Source of the DNA: the human T2T-CHM13v2.0 reference genome, Homo sapiens
DNA: 64,000 bases
Direction: 5' to 3' (one strand)
Assembly (NCBI RefSeq): GCF_009914755.1
Contig: NC_060935.1
Under the pieces are notes generated by a model. That model was not told the DNA's origin. It did no database searches and worked only from the letters and a program-made list of their open reading frames with translations. A program made the translations under genes and the position numbers. Shown piece by piece: positions 1 through 15,327 of the stretch. How positions within the stretch are numbered: the first letter of the stretch is position 1; each line of letters starts with the position of its first letter.

Positions 1-79
1 ACAAGAAAGCCTGCTGGACAAATTCTAAAAAAGCTGTAACACTGACAGGTTCGTCTTTTAGTCTTTCTACTGCAGATAC

Positions 80-2860
80 GAGCAGTTTACATACCAAAAT
101 TACAGTGTTATAATATTCTGTGCTTTTCTGTGTACTTACTATTACCAGTGAGTTTTATATCTTCAGATGACTTCTTATTGCTCATTAGCATTCTTTTCTT
201 TCAGATTGAAGAACTCTCGTTTGCATTTCTGGTAGGACAGGTCTGGTGTTGATGAACTCCCTCAGCTTTTGTTTGTCTGGGGAATTCGTTGTTTCTCCTT
301 TATGTTTGAAGGATATTTTCACTGGATATACTATTCTAGTATTAAAGTTTTTTTCCTTCAGCACTGTAAATTTGTCCCACCACTCTCTCCTGGCCTTTAA
401 GATTTCCACTGAAAAGTCTGCTCCTGGGCATATTAGAGCTCCATTGTATGTAATTTGTTTCTTTTCCCCTTGCTGCTTTTAGGGTCCTTTCTTTACCCTT
501 GACCTTTGGGAGTTTGGTTATTAAGTGTCTCAAGGTACTTTTATTTGGGCTAAATCTGCTTGGTGTTCTACAACCTTCTTGTACTTAAATATTGATATCC
601 TTTTCTAGGTTTGGAAAACTATCTGTTATCTCTTTATATAAACTTTCTACCCAGATCTATAAGGCCAATAACTCTTAGATTTCCCCCTTTGAGGCTATTT
701 TCTAGATCTTGCAGTCATGCTTCCTTCTTCTTAATTCTTTTTTGTCTCCTCTGGCTGTGTATTTTCAAACAGCCTGTCTTGAAACTCACTAATTCTTTCT
801 TCTGCTTGATCAGTTTTGCTAAGAGACAGCCGGGACTGGTGGCTGGTGCTTTATTTAGATCATTCGGTGAGGTCATGTTTTCCAGGATGGTCTTGATGCT
901 TGTGGATGTTCATCGGTGTCTGGGCATTGAAGAATTAGGTATTTATTATAGTCTTCACAGTCTGGGCTTGTTTGTACCTGTCCTTCTTGGGAAGGATTTC
1001 CAGCCATTCGAAGGGACTTGGATGCTGTGATTTAAGTTTTTTATCACTGCAGCCGTATCTGCACTAGGGGAAACCCCAAGTCCAGTAATGTTGTGGCTCT
1101 TGCAGACTCAGAAGTAGTGCCTTAGTGGTCTTGGGTAAGATTTAGGAGAATTCCCTGGATTACCAGGCAGAGACTCTTGTTCTCATCCTTTACTTTCCCC
1201 CACAAATGAAGTCTCTCTCTCTCTGTACTGAACTTCCTGGAGCTGGGAGAGGGGTGACATAAGTTCCCCTGTGGTCACCACCACTGGGACTGTCCTGGGT
1301 CAGACCTGAAACAAACATAGCACTGGGTTTCACCCAAGGTCCACAGTGACCGTTGCTTGACTACCACTTAGGTTCACTCAAGACCCAAGAGATCTACAAT
1401 CAGCAGGTGGCAAATACAGCAGGCTTGTGTCCTTCCTTTTAGGGTGGTAAGGTCCCCCTGGCCCTGGGTGTGTCCAAAGATGCCACTGGGAGCCAGAGTC
1501 TGGAGCCAGGAACCTTAGAAATCTTATCTACTGCTGCTGAGCTGGCATCCAAGCCACAAAACAAAGTCCTTCCCCCTCTTCCCTCCCCTTTCCACAAACA
1601 GGAGTCTCTCTTCATGGCTACTGCTGCCCTGAGCCCGTGGCAAGTACTGCCAGGCTACCACCAATGTTCACTCAACGTCCAAGGGCTCTTCAATCAGCTT
1701 GCGGTGAATGCTGTGAGGCCCGGGACTCACCCTTCAGGGAAAAGGACTCCCCTCTGGCCCAGGGCAGGTCCAGAAATGCCATCCATGAGCCAAGACCTGG
1801 AACTGGGGACACCAAGAGCCTGCTTGGTGCTCTATCCCACTGTGGCTGAGCTGGTACCCAAGCTATAAGACAAAATGCCCTTTACTCCTCCGTCTTCTTT
1901 CTTCAAGTAGCCACCACAGCTAGGAATGTGCTGGGTCACATCTAAAGGCAACACAGCTCTGAGTTTTACCCAAGGCCCAGGAGGAATAATGCCTGGTTAC
2001 CACCGCTGATTATTCCTTCCCTTTAAGGCAGTTGGTTCCCTTCTGGCCCAGGGTGTGTCTTGAAATGTCATGTGATGGCTAGACCCTGGAATGGGGTCCT
2101 CAGGACTCTGTCTGGTGCCCTATCCTGCTGTGGCTGAGCAGGTATCCAAGCTGCAAGACAAAGTCCTCTTTACTCTCCCTTCTCTCCTCAGGTAGAGGGA
2201 AGGAGTCTCTCCCAGAGCTGTGAACTGCACTGCCTGAGGTTGGGAGAGGGATGATGCAAGCACTGCCTTGGCCTCCCTGGCTCCATGTACATGTTACATG
2301 TACCTGAGTACGAGTACCCTGGCTCCAAGCCCAGCACAGCACCAGGACTTGCCCAGCAATTGCAATCCTTAGGGCCTAGACTGCCTTTCAAGTTTACTTA
2401 GGACCCCAGAGCCCTTTACCAAATGGTGGTGGCTTGCCAGAGGTCAAGTTCTGACCACTGGGATGGGTAATATGCCTCTGGCTAGGGCTGATGCAAATGC
2501 TCCCTCCTTGGCCTCCAGCTGAGTTCTGCCTTGTGTTGTTTTCTGCTGTGACAGGGCAGCACTGAGCTCTAATGCAAAGTCCCATAATCACTGCACTCTC
2601 CCTCCCACAAGTGCACAGACTCTCTGTGCTATGCAGCCACAGCTAGGCGATCAGAGAAGGGTGCTGTAGACAATTTGAGACTATTTTTCCTGCCCTCTTC
2701 AGTGCCTCTTTCCTTAATGTGATGTTAAAACCAGGTACTATGATTACTCACCTGATTTTTGGTTGTAATGAAGGTGTTTTTTGTGTGAATAGTTGTTCGA
2801 TTTGGTGTTCCTGCAGGGAGGACAATTTCTGGAGGCCTCTACTTGGCCATATTGCTCCCT
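80..2860 (-). mobile_element. Old L1 (L1PB/L1MA-type): 5'UTR, degraded ORF1 and inter-ORF spacer
   Basis: Minus-strand ORFs 185-409 and 342-533 give L1 ORF1p C-terminal motifs (RHLITKLPKVKGKERTLKAAR; RIVYPVKISF; KLREFINTRPVL) with frameshifts. A more GC-rich 5'UTR-like region with internal repeats lies at ~1020-2860. Confidence 0.85.
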
Positions 2861-3242
2861 AGTCTGTACTCCTTTTGCATTGAGTTTTACAGGATCCACC
2901 CATTTCCAAAGTTACTTAGGTCAGCAATTTTCTCCCATTTCCTTCATTGAGTTTTGTTCATAATACAGTTAGATTATTTTGTCACGTTCTTTATTTCATC
3001 TTGGGATCATCTATCTGAGCTCCTAAATGATTTTTTTAAATTTGCATACTTTAGGTTCTAAGGGTTCTGACAAATGCAAGGTGTCATGTATCATGTCACT
3101 ATCATTATGGTATTACACAAAATAATGTCACCATCCTAAAATGTCCTGTGATTTACCTATTCAATCCTCCTTACTGAATTCCTACCAACTTGTTTTTCAT
3201 CTCTGTAGTTTTACCTTTCATAATGTATATAAGTAGAATCAC

Positions 3243-3638
<396 letters not shown>

Positions 3639-3691
3639 TTAAAAAAAAAAAAAAAACTGTGGTAAAATAAACATAACAATTTCCATTTTAA

Positions 3692-3934
<243 letters not shown>

Positions 3935-3970
3935 TGATCCACCCACCTTAGCCTCCCAAAGTGCTGAGAT

Positions 3971-4505
3971 TGAGGCAGAAATTTAAAAATAAATATGCAT
4001 TCATTCACTCCAAGAAAAGTAACAGGCAAGGCAAGGGTTAAAAAGAAAAGAACAAGTTTTCCTCGGCCTAGCAAGCTCACTTCAAGGACAGTTATAAGAT
4101 AATGCTGTTTGAGAAGCCAAGGCCAAAGGAATGGGCTGCAGACATCCCTCCCCTCCAGAACAAGGTTGAAGGAAAAAAAAAAAGAGAAAGACAAATTCCT
4201 TTACTGTTACTTCTTTCCCTGGCTTCTTAAGCATGATTATGTTTTACAAATGTCTGTATTTAGCCAGTTCTTGATTTTCTTTTGACACAGCTCCAAGGCC
4301 ACCAGCTATGCAAGGCCACAAGTTATGCACTATATGATTAACTGCTTTTGTTTTACTTTTGTAAGTCCACTTATAAAAACCCTGCTCTGTCTTTGTTTAA
4401 TGCTCAGGTTTTTGGATATAAATCCACTCAGCCAGTGCGTACCTAAAAATAAATATCTTCCTGTACTCTCATATTGGTCTCGCCATTCCTCAGTTTCCTG
4501 CAACA
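3971..4505 (+). repeat. 5' LTR of HERV3-like provirus
   Basis: TGAGGCAG...GCAACA; TATAAAA 4372-4378; AATAAA 4448-4453; direct repeat of 8510-9046. Confidence 0.95.
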
Positions 4506-4510
4506 TTTCT

Positions 4511-4528
4511 TGGCAAGCCAGCCAGGAG
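4511..4528 (+). promoter_or_regulatory. Primer binding site, tRNA-Arg(ACG)
   Basis: TGGCAAGCCAGCCAGGAG, one CpG-type mismatch from TGGCGAGCCAGCCAGGAG (complement of the tRNA-Arg-ACG 3' end, recalled); 5 nt after the LTR. Confidence 0.85.
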
Positions 4529-5027
4529 TGGAGATGACAGGCTTACTGTCTCCTTTGCCTATAGGGGGCTGGAGCCCTGGGCCAAGGGAGACCTGTGACC
4601 CCAGGTGCCGCCGGGAGAACTTCAGCCCAGAGGGGAAATCAGCTCTCCGTGACCCAGCACCCCTACCCAGCAGCGCAACAGATCCTGAGAGGAGCTACAG
4701 GATGATTCTAGAAACAGCGCACTTCAGGAATCATGGTAAGGTTTTGGGGCCCAAGGCAGGACCCATCCTGTAAGGACGGAAAGGGAGCCTGATCACCTCC
4801 CGGGGTATGCCTAATAGTCCGACCCAGAGGGACTGGGGGCGATGAGAGCGGCTGTCAATTTGGATGAAACTCTCACCCCAATCAACACAGGAAGCAAGAG
4901 TGGCTCACTAAGTTGGTTAGGAAAAGGAAACTGGAGGTGGCGAGAATGGCTTGCCACCCCAACTAAGGAAACTGGAGATGGTGATAGTGGCTCGTCACCC
5001 CAATTAGGTACACAGGAACTGGGAGTC

Positions 5028-6220
5028 GGTCCATCAGAGTTATGACTGAGTGTGGCTCCCGAATGGTTAACTGCTGTCTTAGAGTCAATTTGCTAGCCTC
5101 TTGTGTTTAGCAAGGTGGTGGCGGCTAATGCCTTAACACAGGGAGGCCATCCTAGCATCACAGAATCCAATTGTTTGGATCAGTATGTTACTGGGTGATG
5201 TTATGACCTTACAACTTGAGTCAGAACTCCTATAGCCATTCCTTTTTGTTCATGAACATATAGAAAGGCTTAGTTATATCTGGTAGTCCTAAGGCTAGGG
5301 CCTAAGTTAAAGCTTCCTTGATTTGTTGGAATGCATTTTCTGATTAGTCTCCCAAAGGAGGGTTTTTTTGTCCTCCTTTTGTGGCTTCATATAACGGCAC
5401 AGCCATCAAGGAAAGATTTGGAATCCAGATGGGGCAAATTCCTGCTGCCCCTAAAAATTCTCTTATTTGGCATCGGGTGGTTGGGATTGGTAGTGCACAA
5501 ACGTCTTGTTTTCACTCATAGCCAAGCCAGCATTCCCCGTGACTCACTACGAAACCTAGATATTTAACCTCTTTATGGCAAATTTAGGCTTTCTTTTTAG
5601 ATACTTTGTAACCTGCTTTCCACAGGAGATGAAGGAGGTCCTGAGTTCTCTGATAATAGTCCTCTTGGGTTGGGGCTGCCAAAAGAAGGTCGCCCGTGTA
5701 CTGTAACAAGCACAGTTATCATTTGGCGGGGTATAGGCCTTGAGGTCTGAAGCCAGTGTTTCCCCAAAGATTGTAGGAGAGTTTTTGAACCCTTGTGGGA
5801 GCCTAGTCCACATGAGTTGCATAGCTTCCTTGTCCCATTGAAATGCAAATATGGGCTAACTCGTGCTAAGCGAATATAAAAGAAAGCGTCCTTTAAGTCT
5901 AAGACTGTAAACCTAGTGGCACTTGTTGGAATAAGTACCATTAAAGTATATGGATTTGGTGCCACGGGATGGATGGTCACCATGGCCCGGTTTACGGCAT
6001 GCAAATCTTGCACCGGTATCTACTCATCAGACCTTGGTCCCAGCAGCGGCTTTCATACTGGCAAAAGTGGAGTATTCCGGGGGACTGGCATCGGATTAAG
6101 ATCCCATATTTATAGAGCCGTTCTAAATGTTTGCAGACACCCTGTACAGCCTTTTGGGGAACTGGGTACTGACGAACCCAGACCGGAGTTGCTCCCGGTT
6201 TCAGTTCAGCTACTACTGGT
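5028..6220 (-). pseudogene. Reverse transcriptase (pol) remnant, inverted relative to the provirus
   Basis: Minus-strand [60 protein letters not shown]; stops and frameshifts. Confidence 0.9.
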
Positions 6221-7440
<1,220 letters not shown>

Positions 7441-7654
7441 GAAGTTTGAGGAAACAACAAGCCCTGCTCTAGTCACACACTGAAAGCTGACTAGTCTATG
7501 CACGGCCAAAGCTTGAGGACTCATCAAGCAAGTAAATGTAGTTAGAAATCTTAGAACTAGTAGTTTTCCTTGTAATATTAACTGTTTTACTATTGTTCTG
7601 TCACTGTGCTCAACCTCCTCTCCCAAATAAGGACCTCTTCTGTCCTTACTAGAT

Positions 7655-8475
7655 ATGAATATACTGTACATTGTTTTACTGTTGTTACCCCACTTAACCA
7701 TGCTAGAAGAAACACCCATAGAAGGGTGTCCCCATCGTACACATACTACATGGTCAGAAAACAGTATAACCAGGACTCTATTATACCATACTTATTATGA
7801 GTATACAGGGACTCACCTAGGAACTTGTACTTACAATCAGATCACCTATTCAATTTATGACCCAGGAAATGGCCAGCTACCTAGGTGGAAGATAGGTCAT
7901 GGAGTTACCGTACTCCTACTTACGTGCTTAAGCGCATCATAAGGTTACAGGCAGGGCTTGAGATCATCACTAATAAACATCAAATGCATTAGATTTACTG
8001 ACCCAGCAAGCTACAAAAAATGAGGAATGCTATCTATCAGAACAGATTAGCTTTAGACTATCTCCTAGCCCAGGAAGGAGGAGTATGTGGAAAATTCAAT
8101 CTAACTAATTGTTGCCTGGAAATCAATGACAATGGAAAGACATTTATGGAAATAACTGCAAGAATAAGAAAATTAACCCACGTTCCAGTTCAAACGTAGA
8201 AAGGGTGGTCTCCAGATTCTCTCTTTGGAGGCTGTTTTTCATTTTTCGGAGGGTTCAAGACTTTAATAAGATTGATTCTGGCCATACTAGGAAGTTGCCT
8301 AATACTACCTTGTCTCTTACCTCTCCTTGTTAGAAACATTCAGTCAACTATAGAGGCAATAGTAGCTAGGCAAACTACCAGTCAGCTAATGGCTCTATGT
8401 AAATGTCAACCTTTGTCTAAAGAAGAAAACTTGTCTCTTCATGCAAAATTAAATAATAGTGATGCCTCCTATTAA
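7655..8475 (+). pseudogene. ERV3-like env remnant with large internal deletion
   Basis: Signal peptide/SU start ([25 protein letters not shown]) resembles ERV3-1 Env (recalled). TM has [20 protein letters not shown]6CC ([10 protein letters not shown]), a membrane anchor and a tail. Confidence 0.9.
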
Positions 8476-8496
8476 ATTTCTTTTATAAAAGGCATC

Positions 8497-8509
8497 AAAG
8501 GGGGGAAAC
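8497..8509 (+). promoter_or_regulatory. Polypurine tract
   Basis: AAAGGGGGGAAAC immediately before the 3' LTR. Confidence 0.85.
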
Positions 8510-9046
8510 TGAGGCAGAAATTTAAAAATAAATATGCATTCATTCACTCCAAGAAAAGTTAACAGGCAAGGCAAGGGTTAAAAAGAAAAGAACAAGTTTT
8601 CCTCGGCCTAGCAAGCTCACTTCAAGGACAGTTATAAGATAATGTTGTTTGAGAAGCCAAGTCCAAAGGAATGGGTTCCAGACATCCCTCCCCTCTAGAA
8701 CAAGGTTGAAGGAAAAAAAAAAAAAAAGAAGAAGACAAATTCCTTTACTGTTACTCCTTTCCCTGGCTTCTTAAGCATGATTATGTTTTACAAATGTCTG
8801 TATTTAGCCAGTTCTTGATTTTCTTTTGACACAGCTCCAAGGCCACCAGCTATGCAAGGCCACAAGTTATGCACTATATGATTAACTGCTTTTGTTTTAC
8901 TTTTGTAAGTCCACTTATAAAAACCCTGCTCTGTCTTTGTTTAATGCTCAGCTTTTTGGATTTGAATCCACTCAGCCGGTGCACACCTTAAAATAAACAT
9001 CCTCCTGTACTCTCATATTGGTCTCTCCATTCCTCAGTTTCCCACA
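8510..9046 (+). repeat. 3' LTR of HERV3-like provirus
   Basis: Direct repeat of 3971-4505; AATAAA 8992-8997; followed by TSD AGAT. Confidence 0.95.
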
Positions 9047-9296
9047 AGATTACAAGCATGAGCCACCGCACCGGGCCCATTTTAACCATTTTCAAATGGA
9101 GAATTCAGTGGTATTAGGTACATTTATATTGTTGTGCAACCATCACCACTATCCATCTACAGAACTCTTTTTATCTTGTGAAACTAAAACTCTATACCCA
9201 TTAAACACTAACTCCTCACTCCTCCCTTCCCTCATCACTTGACAGCCATCCTTCTACTTTATGTCTCTATTCATAGGTATGAGCTCCCCCATGCCT

Positions 9297-9910
9297 GCCC
9301 AAATCACTAATCTAAAAGGAAATGTCAAGCTGAGAACTTCTTAGGGCAAACCTGCCTCCCATTCTATTCAAAGTTACCCCTCTGCTCAGAGATAAATGCA
9401 TATCTCATTGCCTCCTTTGGAGAAGCTAATCAGAAACTCAAAAGAATGCAACCATTTGTCTCTTTTCTACCTATGACCTGGAAGCCCCCTCCCTGCTTTG
9501 AGCTGTCCCGCCTTTCTGGACCAAACCAATGTTCATCTTACATATATTAACTGATGTCTCATTTCTCCCTAAAATGTATAAAACCAAGCTATGGTCTGAC
9601 TACCCTGGGCACATGACATCAGGACCTCCTGAGACTGCGCCATGGGTGCACATCCTCAACTGTGGCAAAATAAACTTTATTTTTTATTTTTATTTATTTT
9701 TTAGAGACAGAGTCTCGCTCTGTAGCCCAGGCTGGAGTACAGTGATGCAGTCTCGACTCACTGCAACCTCCACCTCCCAGGTTCAAACAATTCTCGTGCC
9801 TCAGCCTCCTGAGTAGCTGGAATTACAGGCTTGCGCCACCACACCCGGTTAATTAGCAAAATAAATTTTCTAAATTAACTAAGACTTGTCTCAAATTACT
9901 GGGGTTAACA
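9297..9910 (+). repeat. 5' MER4A-type LTR, missing its first ~25 bp and interrupted by a half-Alu (~9676-9855, minus)
   Basis: Aligns by eye with 18210-18659; Alu TSD GCAAAATAAA(C/T)TTT. Confidence 0.8.
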
Positions 9911-10770
9911 TTTTGGTAACCACAGAGGGACTCTGCATGGAGGAACACTTGAACTTTGACAAATCTTTTACTGGTGTTTGGTATCAGCATAAGCTAACTT
10001 TATGAATAGTTTGCTGAGGCCTGGGAGCACTCCTTCCAGAGAATCCCTGCTCTCCCAAAGTTTGGTTGAGATCTAAAGTTTATTTTGCTGTACAACTCCC
10101 TCTTATTTATTTTTTTTTTTTTGGAGTTTTACTTGCTTCCAACAAGAAAGGCAAGTTTTCCTGCTTCCATGACAATGGAAGGCAGGTAATTCCTTTATGG
10201 AGTTTGAGCTTGCTTCCAACAGAAAAGACTATTTTTTTTTTCCTGCTTCTAGGACGTAGAGAGTAGTCTTCAGCCTGAGACCCATCCCTAGGTAAGTAGC
10301 TGAATTGAGGTTTTGTCTTGGCTAAAGTTAACAACCAAATGGTCATAATTTCTCCTTACTGTTAAAGTGTTCAGTAATCATGTAAGTTGTGTGATCATTT
10401 GTTTTGTTTAACTGTTTTTCGTTGTTGTTGTTTCTGTTTTTGTTGTTGTTTGGGTCTTTGTCCCATTAGGTTTGACCAACTCTATCAGACTTGATCAAAT
10501 CTGAAGGAAAGTTCCAAATTATGGGGAAGGCCTATCAAATACTTAAATTCCCATACACACACAAAAAGGTGGTATGGTGGGGGAGAAAAACTGCCAGCAA
10601 AAAGAAAAAAGAGGAAAGATTTTTGATTTTGAGTACTACACGGGCTTTATTTACAAGGCCACCTTTTAGCTAGCCAGGCCAATCTGAAAGAGCAATGGTT
10701 GTACTTCTGAAATAGCAGCAATTTTAAAAACAAAAGCAAACAAACAAAAAATTAAAAACAAAAAAATAAA

Positions 10771-11258
<488 letters not shown>

Positions 11259-12639
11259 AGCAGATGAAATAGCACCAATTTGTTCCAGTTGAAATATGGT
11301 AATGAGATTTAAAAACTTCTTTTTTTAAAGGAGCTCATTTGTTAAAGCCAACTTAATTAAAAGCTAACATCCAAGATATGTGTGTATATGGGTGTGTGTG
11401 TTTGTATTTAAAAGGTCTTCATTGTTTGTTTGTTTTTTTCTCTCCTAGGACCTTGTCATTCTTTTGAGCAAGGTTTTTCTTCTCAGTTGACTGAATTCTG
11501 TTTTCTTCATTTACTTCTGCTGTCTCTCCTTTCTCTTGCACCCTCTGCTGCATGAGGGAACTGAAATAGTTTATAATAGCCTGGGGTTCCTTTAAGAAAG
11601 TGGAGAAGGTGCCAAAAGTATAAACAGACAAGTTCATCTCAGCTTTTAAACTGCTTGCTTTTGTATTGTGTTACATGATTTGTTGACTAAAATAGTTATT
11701 TGTAACAGAGGCTAGCCTTAGGTTTTTAAGGAAGAGTGTATTCAACACTGAGAAACGTCTTTGTTTAAAAAAAATTATCTTTAAGTGCAGTGTAAAAACA
11801 TCACTTAGTCTAGCCTCATAATAATTCTCCCTTTTTGGAAACCCAGGATTTCGTATAGGTTCTGCCTAGAGCTCAGAGATCCAGTTAAAAGATAGGTAGT
11901 CCCTATGCAAATAAAATTGGTCTCCTTATACAATCCTATGATAGATTTTTATAATTTTGTTTGATTTCACATTTATCTTTAATCTCCCTCTAGCACACCA
12001 GACTTTTCCTCTCTGTACCTTATGATGTAAATTCTGTTATTTGATTTTCACCTGAGTTGTTTCCTTAAATAGGCAAATTTAAGGCTATTTAGCTGACAAC
12101 TGCCTAGGGTTGTGAAACAGGTTATCAAGAACCTGAAAGTCTAAGATAAAAAAAAAAGGTCTTTATGAATCTATAAGATGTACTTCTATCAGCATGCCAA
12201 TACATCTACGTATTTATGTGTTGTGCACACAATATTTCACTACTGAAAATATATAAAAGAGCTAATTAATTGGCTTAAAAAAACAAAAGTGCTTACATCA
12301 GATACTAAAGAAAACAAGACTAGTCAAATGCTTTTTCAGGTTCACAGGACTTAAGTAAAATCTTTAATAAATAAGCTGGATTTAAAATTATTGGTAAAAT
12401 AATATTAGAAATGTCTTAAGAATTTGCCAGCAATACATTTTCGTTTGCATTTACTTATCAAGCAATTTTATACTTATCCCAGCCAGATACTATAAGGTGT
12501 CAAAATTTGGTATAGAGGTTACAAAACTAAAAAACCAGCCCAAGACAGAATTATCTTTGCTGGTGTAATCTTTAATAAATAATACATTGATATTGGTTTA
12601 ATAAAAAAGCTACATCTTGAATTTAGTAAGATTATCATA

Positions 12640-12933
<294 letters not shown>

Positions 12934-13544
12934 AGATTAACATAACTTCTAATCCTGTGGTGTTAGGCAGTCTAGTCCACAGACAGTAAGAGGTTTCCTT
13001 TGGGAAGACGGTTACCATTTTTATTTCAAAGCTAAACTATAAACTAAGTTCCTAGCAAAGTTAGTTCGGCTCATACCCAGGAATGAACAAGGACAGCTTG
13101 GAGTTTAGAAGCAAGATGGAGTCACTTAGGGCAAATCTTTTTCACTGTCTCAGTTATAATTTTGCAATGGCGGTTTCATAACTTTAAATGATGACTATCG
13201 CAGTTTTCATAAATAATCTAGGTAAATGATTAAAATAAAATAATTAGATAAATGTAATAGGATATAGATAAACTAGTCATAATTTAGAATCTAAAGTTAT
13301 ATTAAATTATAGATATTTCATTATTTTGGTATTTTCCAATAATAATATATTGTAGGAAAACATTCTTTCTAAAAAAAAGTGTCCCTTTTAAAAAGGTGAA
13401 CAATTTTTGTCTAATTCAAAGCTTACTTAAAGGTCATGTATAAAACAAGGTAAAAGGAACTGGGAAATAAGAGACGTGTAAACAAAATTATAGAAAGAAA
13501 GAGGTATTTTTTGGTAAGAAAGCTTAAAGAGAAATAATTTTTAA

Positions 13545-13842
13545 AATTGTTGTTTTTTTTTTTGAGATGAAGTCTCGCTCTGTCTCCCAGGCTAGAGTGA
13601 AGTGGCACAATCTTGGCTTGCTCCAACCTTCTTCTCGCAGGGTTCAAGTGATTCTCCTGCCTCAGCCTCCTGAGTAGCTGGAATTATAGGTGCCTGCCAC
13701 CATGCCCGGCTAATTTTTGTATTTAAAGTAGAGATGGGGTTTTGCCATGTTGGCCAGGCTGGTCTCGAACTCCTGACCTGAGGTGACCTACTAGCCTTGA
13801 CCTCCCAAAGTGCTGGGATTACAGGCATGAGCCACTATGCCC
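13545..13842 (-). mobile_element. AluS
   Basis: Reverse Alu; TSD GAGAAATAATTTT. Confidence 0.9.
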
Positions 13843-14715
13843 AAATGAGAAATAATTTTGTATGAAAAATAATCTTGTATGGTAAATTTAGACCAAGAAT
13901 AAAATGAGTGGTTGTATAAGAAAGAAAGATGTTCAGAACAAACCAAAAAGTCCAAGCATGTCACGAATGGTCTGTGTAAGTCATAATAAAAGGATTTATC
14001 TAAAAAAACCAAAAACTTTTATATGATCAAGTCGTCTATAATTAAAGGAAAATTATAATGGGTTTTTCTAGACATTGGGTGTGATGTAATGAAACGTACA
14101 CACTAAAGAATTCATTACAACAATAAAATTTCCTTAAGGGATTGATTACCTCTTAATAAATTATAAAGATTTTAATTTTTTTAACCCAAGGTTCAACTTT
14201 TATTGCATCACGCTGTTTTCAGTTTTCTTTCCCCTTTTAAAAGGTGCAAAATTATAACACTCTCCTTCAACTCATTTTCAGCTCATATATGTTTTTTTTT
14301 CCCCTCAAGTTCTGTTTGTTGTGGCCTGATGCTAACAATATTTTCTTAAAGATCTAAAGGAAATCTTTTCTTCCAACATAATTTTCTGTACACTGCAGAA
14401 GATCTTTTCTTTTGCCTTTTGGTAACTAGCCTAACAAATTTTACATTTTATCAAAATAATTCCTATGCTATTACTATTAAGTTTTGGTTTGCTTAGGAAA
14501 AAACTGAGATTAAAATTTTTCAATTGATTATTACATCCATAAATTAACCATTAATGTCAAAGACACATTGATGCAAGACCAGAATATGTGCCACTGTGTC
14601 AGATTAACAAGGTTTTCTTGAAGCATTAACTCCATAGTAAAGGTTATAAAAGGCTTGTTGAAGTTATATCTTACAATCAAGATTAAAATGTTATAGAGTG
14701 TTTATACAATATTGA

Positions 14716-15327
<612 letters not shown>

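Noticed and set aside
5028-6220. Reverse transcriptase as part of a novel RT system (retron/DGR-like)
   Set aside because: Gammaretrovirus-type RT with stops and frameshifts inside an LTR-bounded provirus in primate DNA
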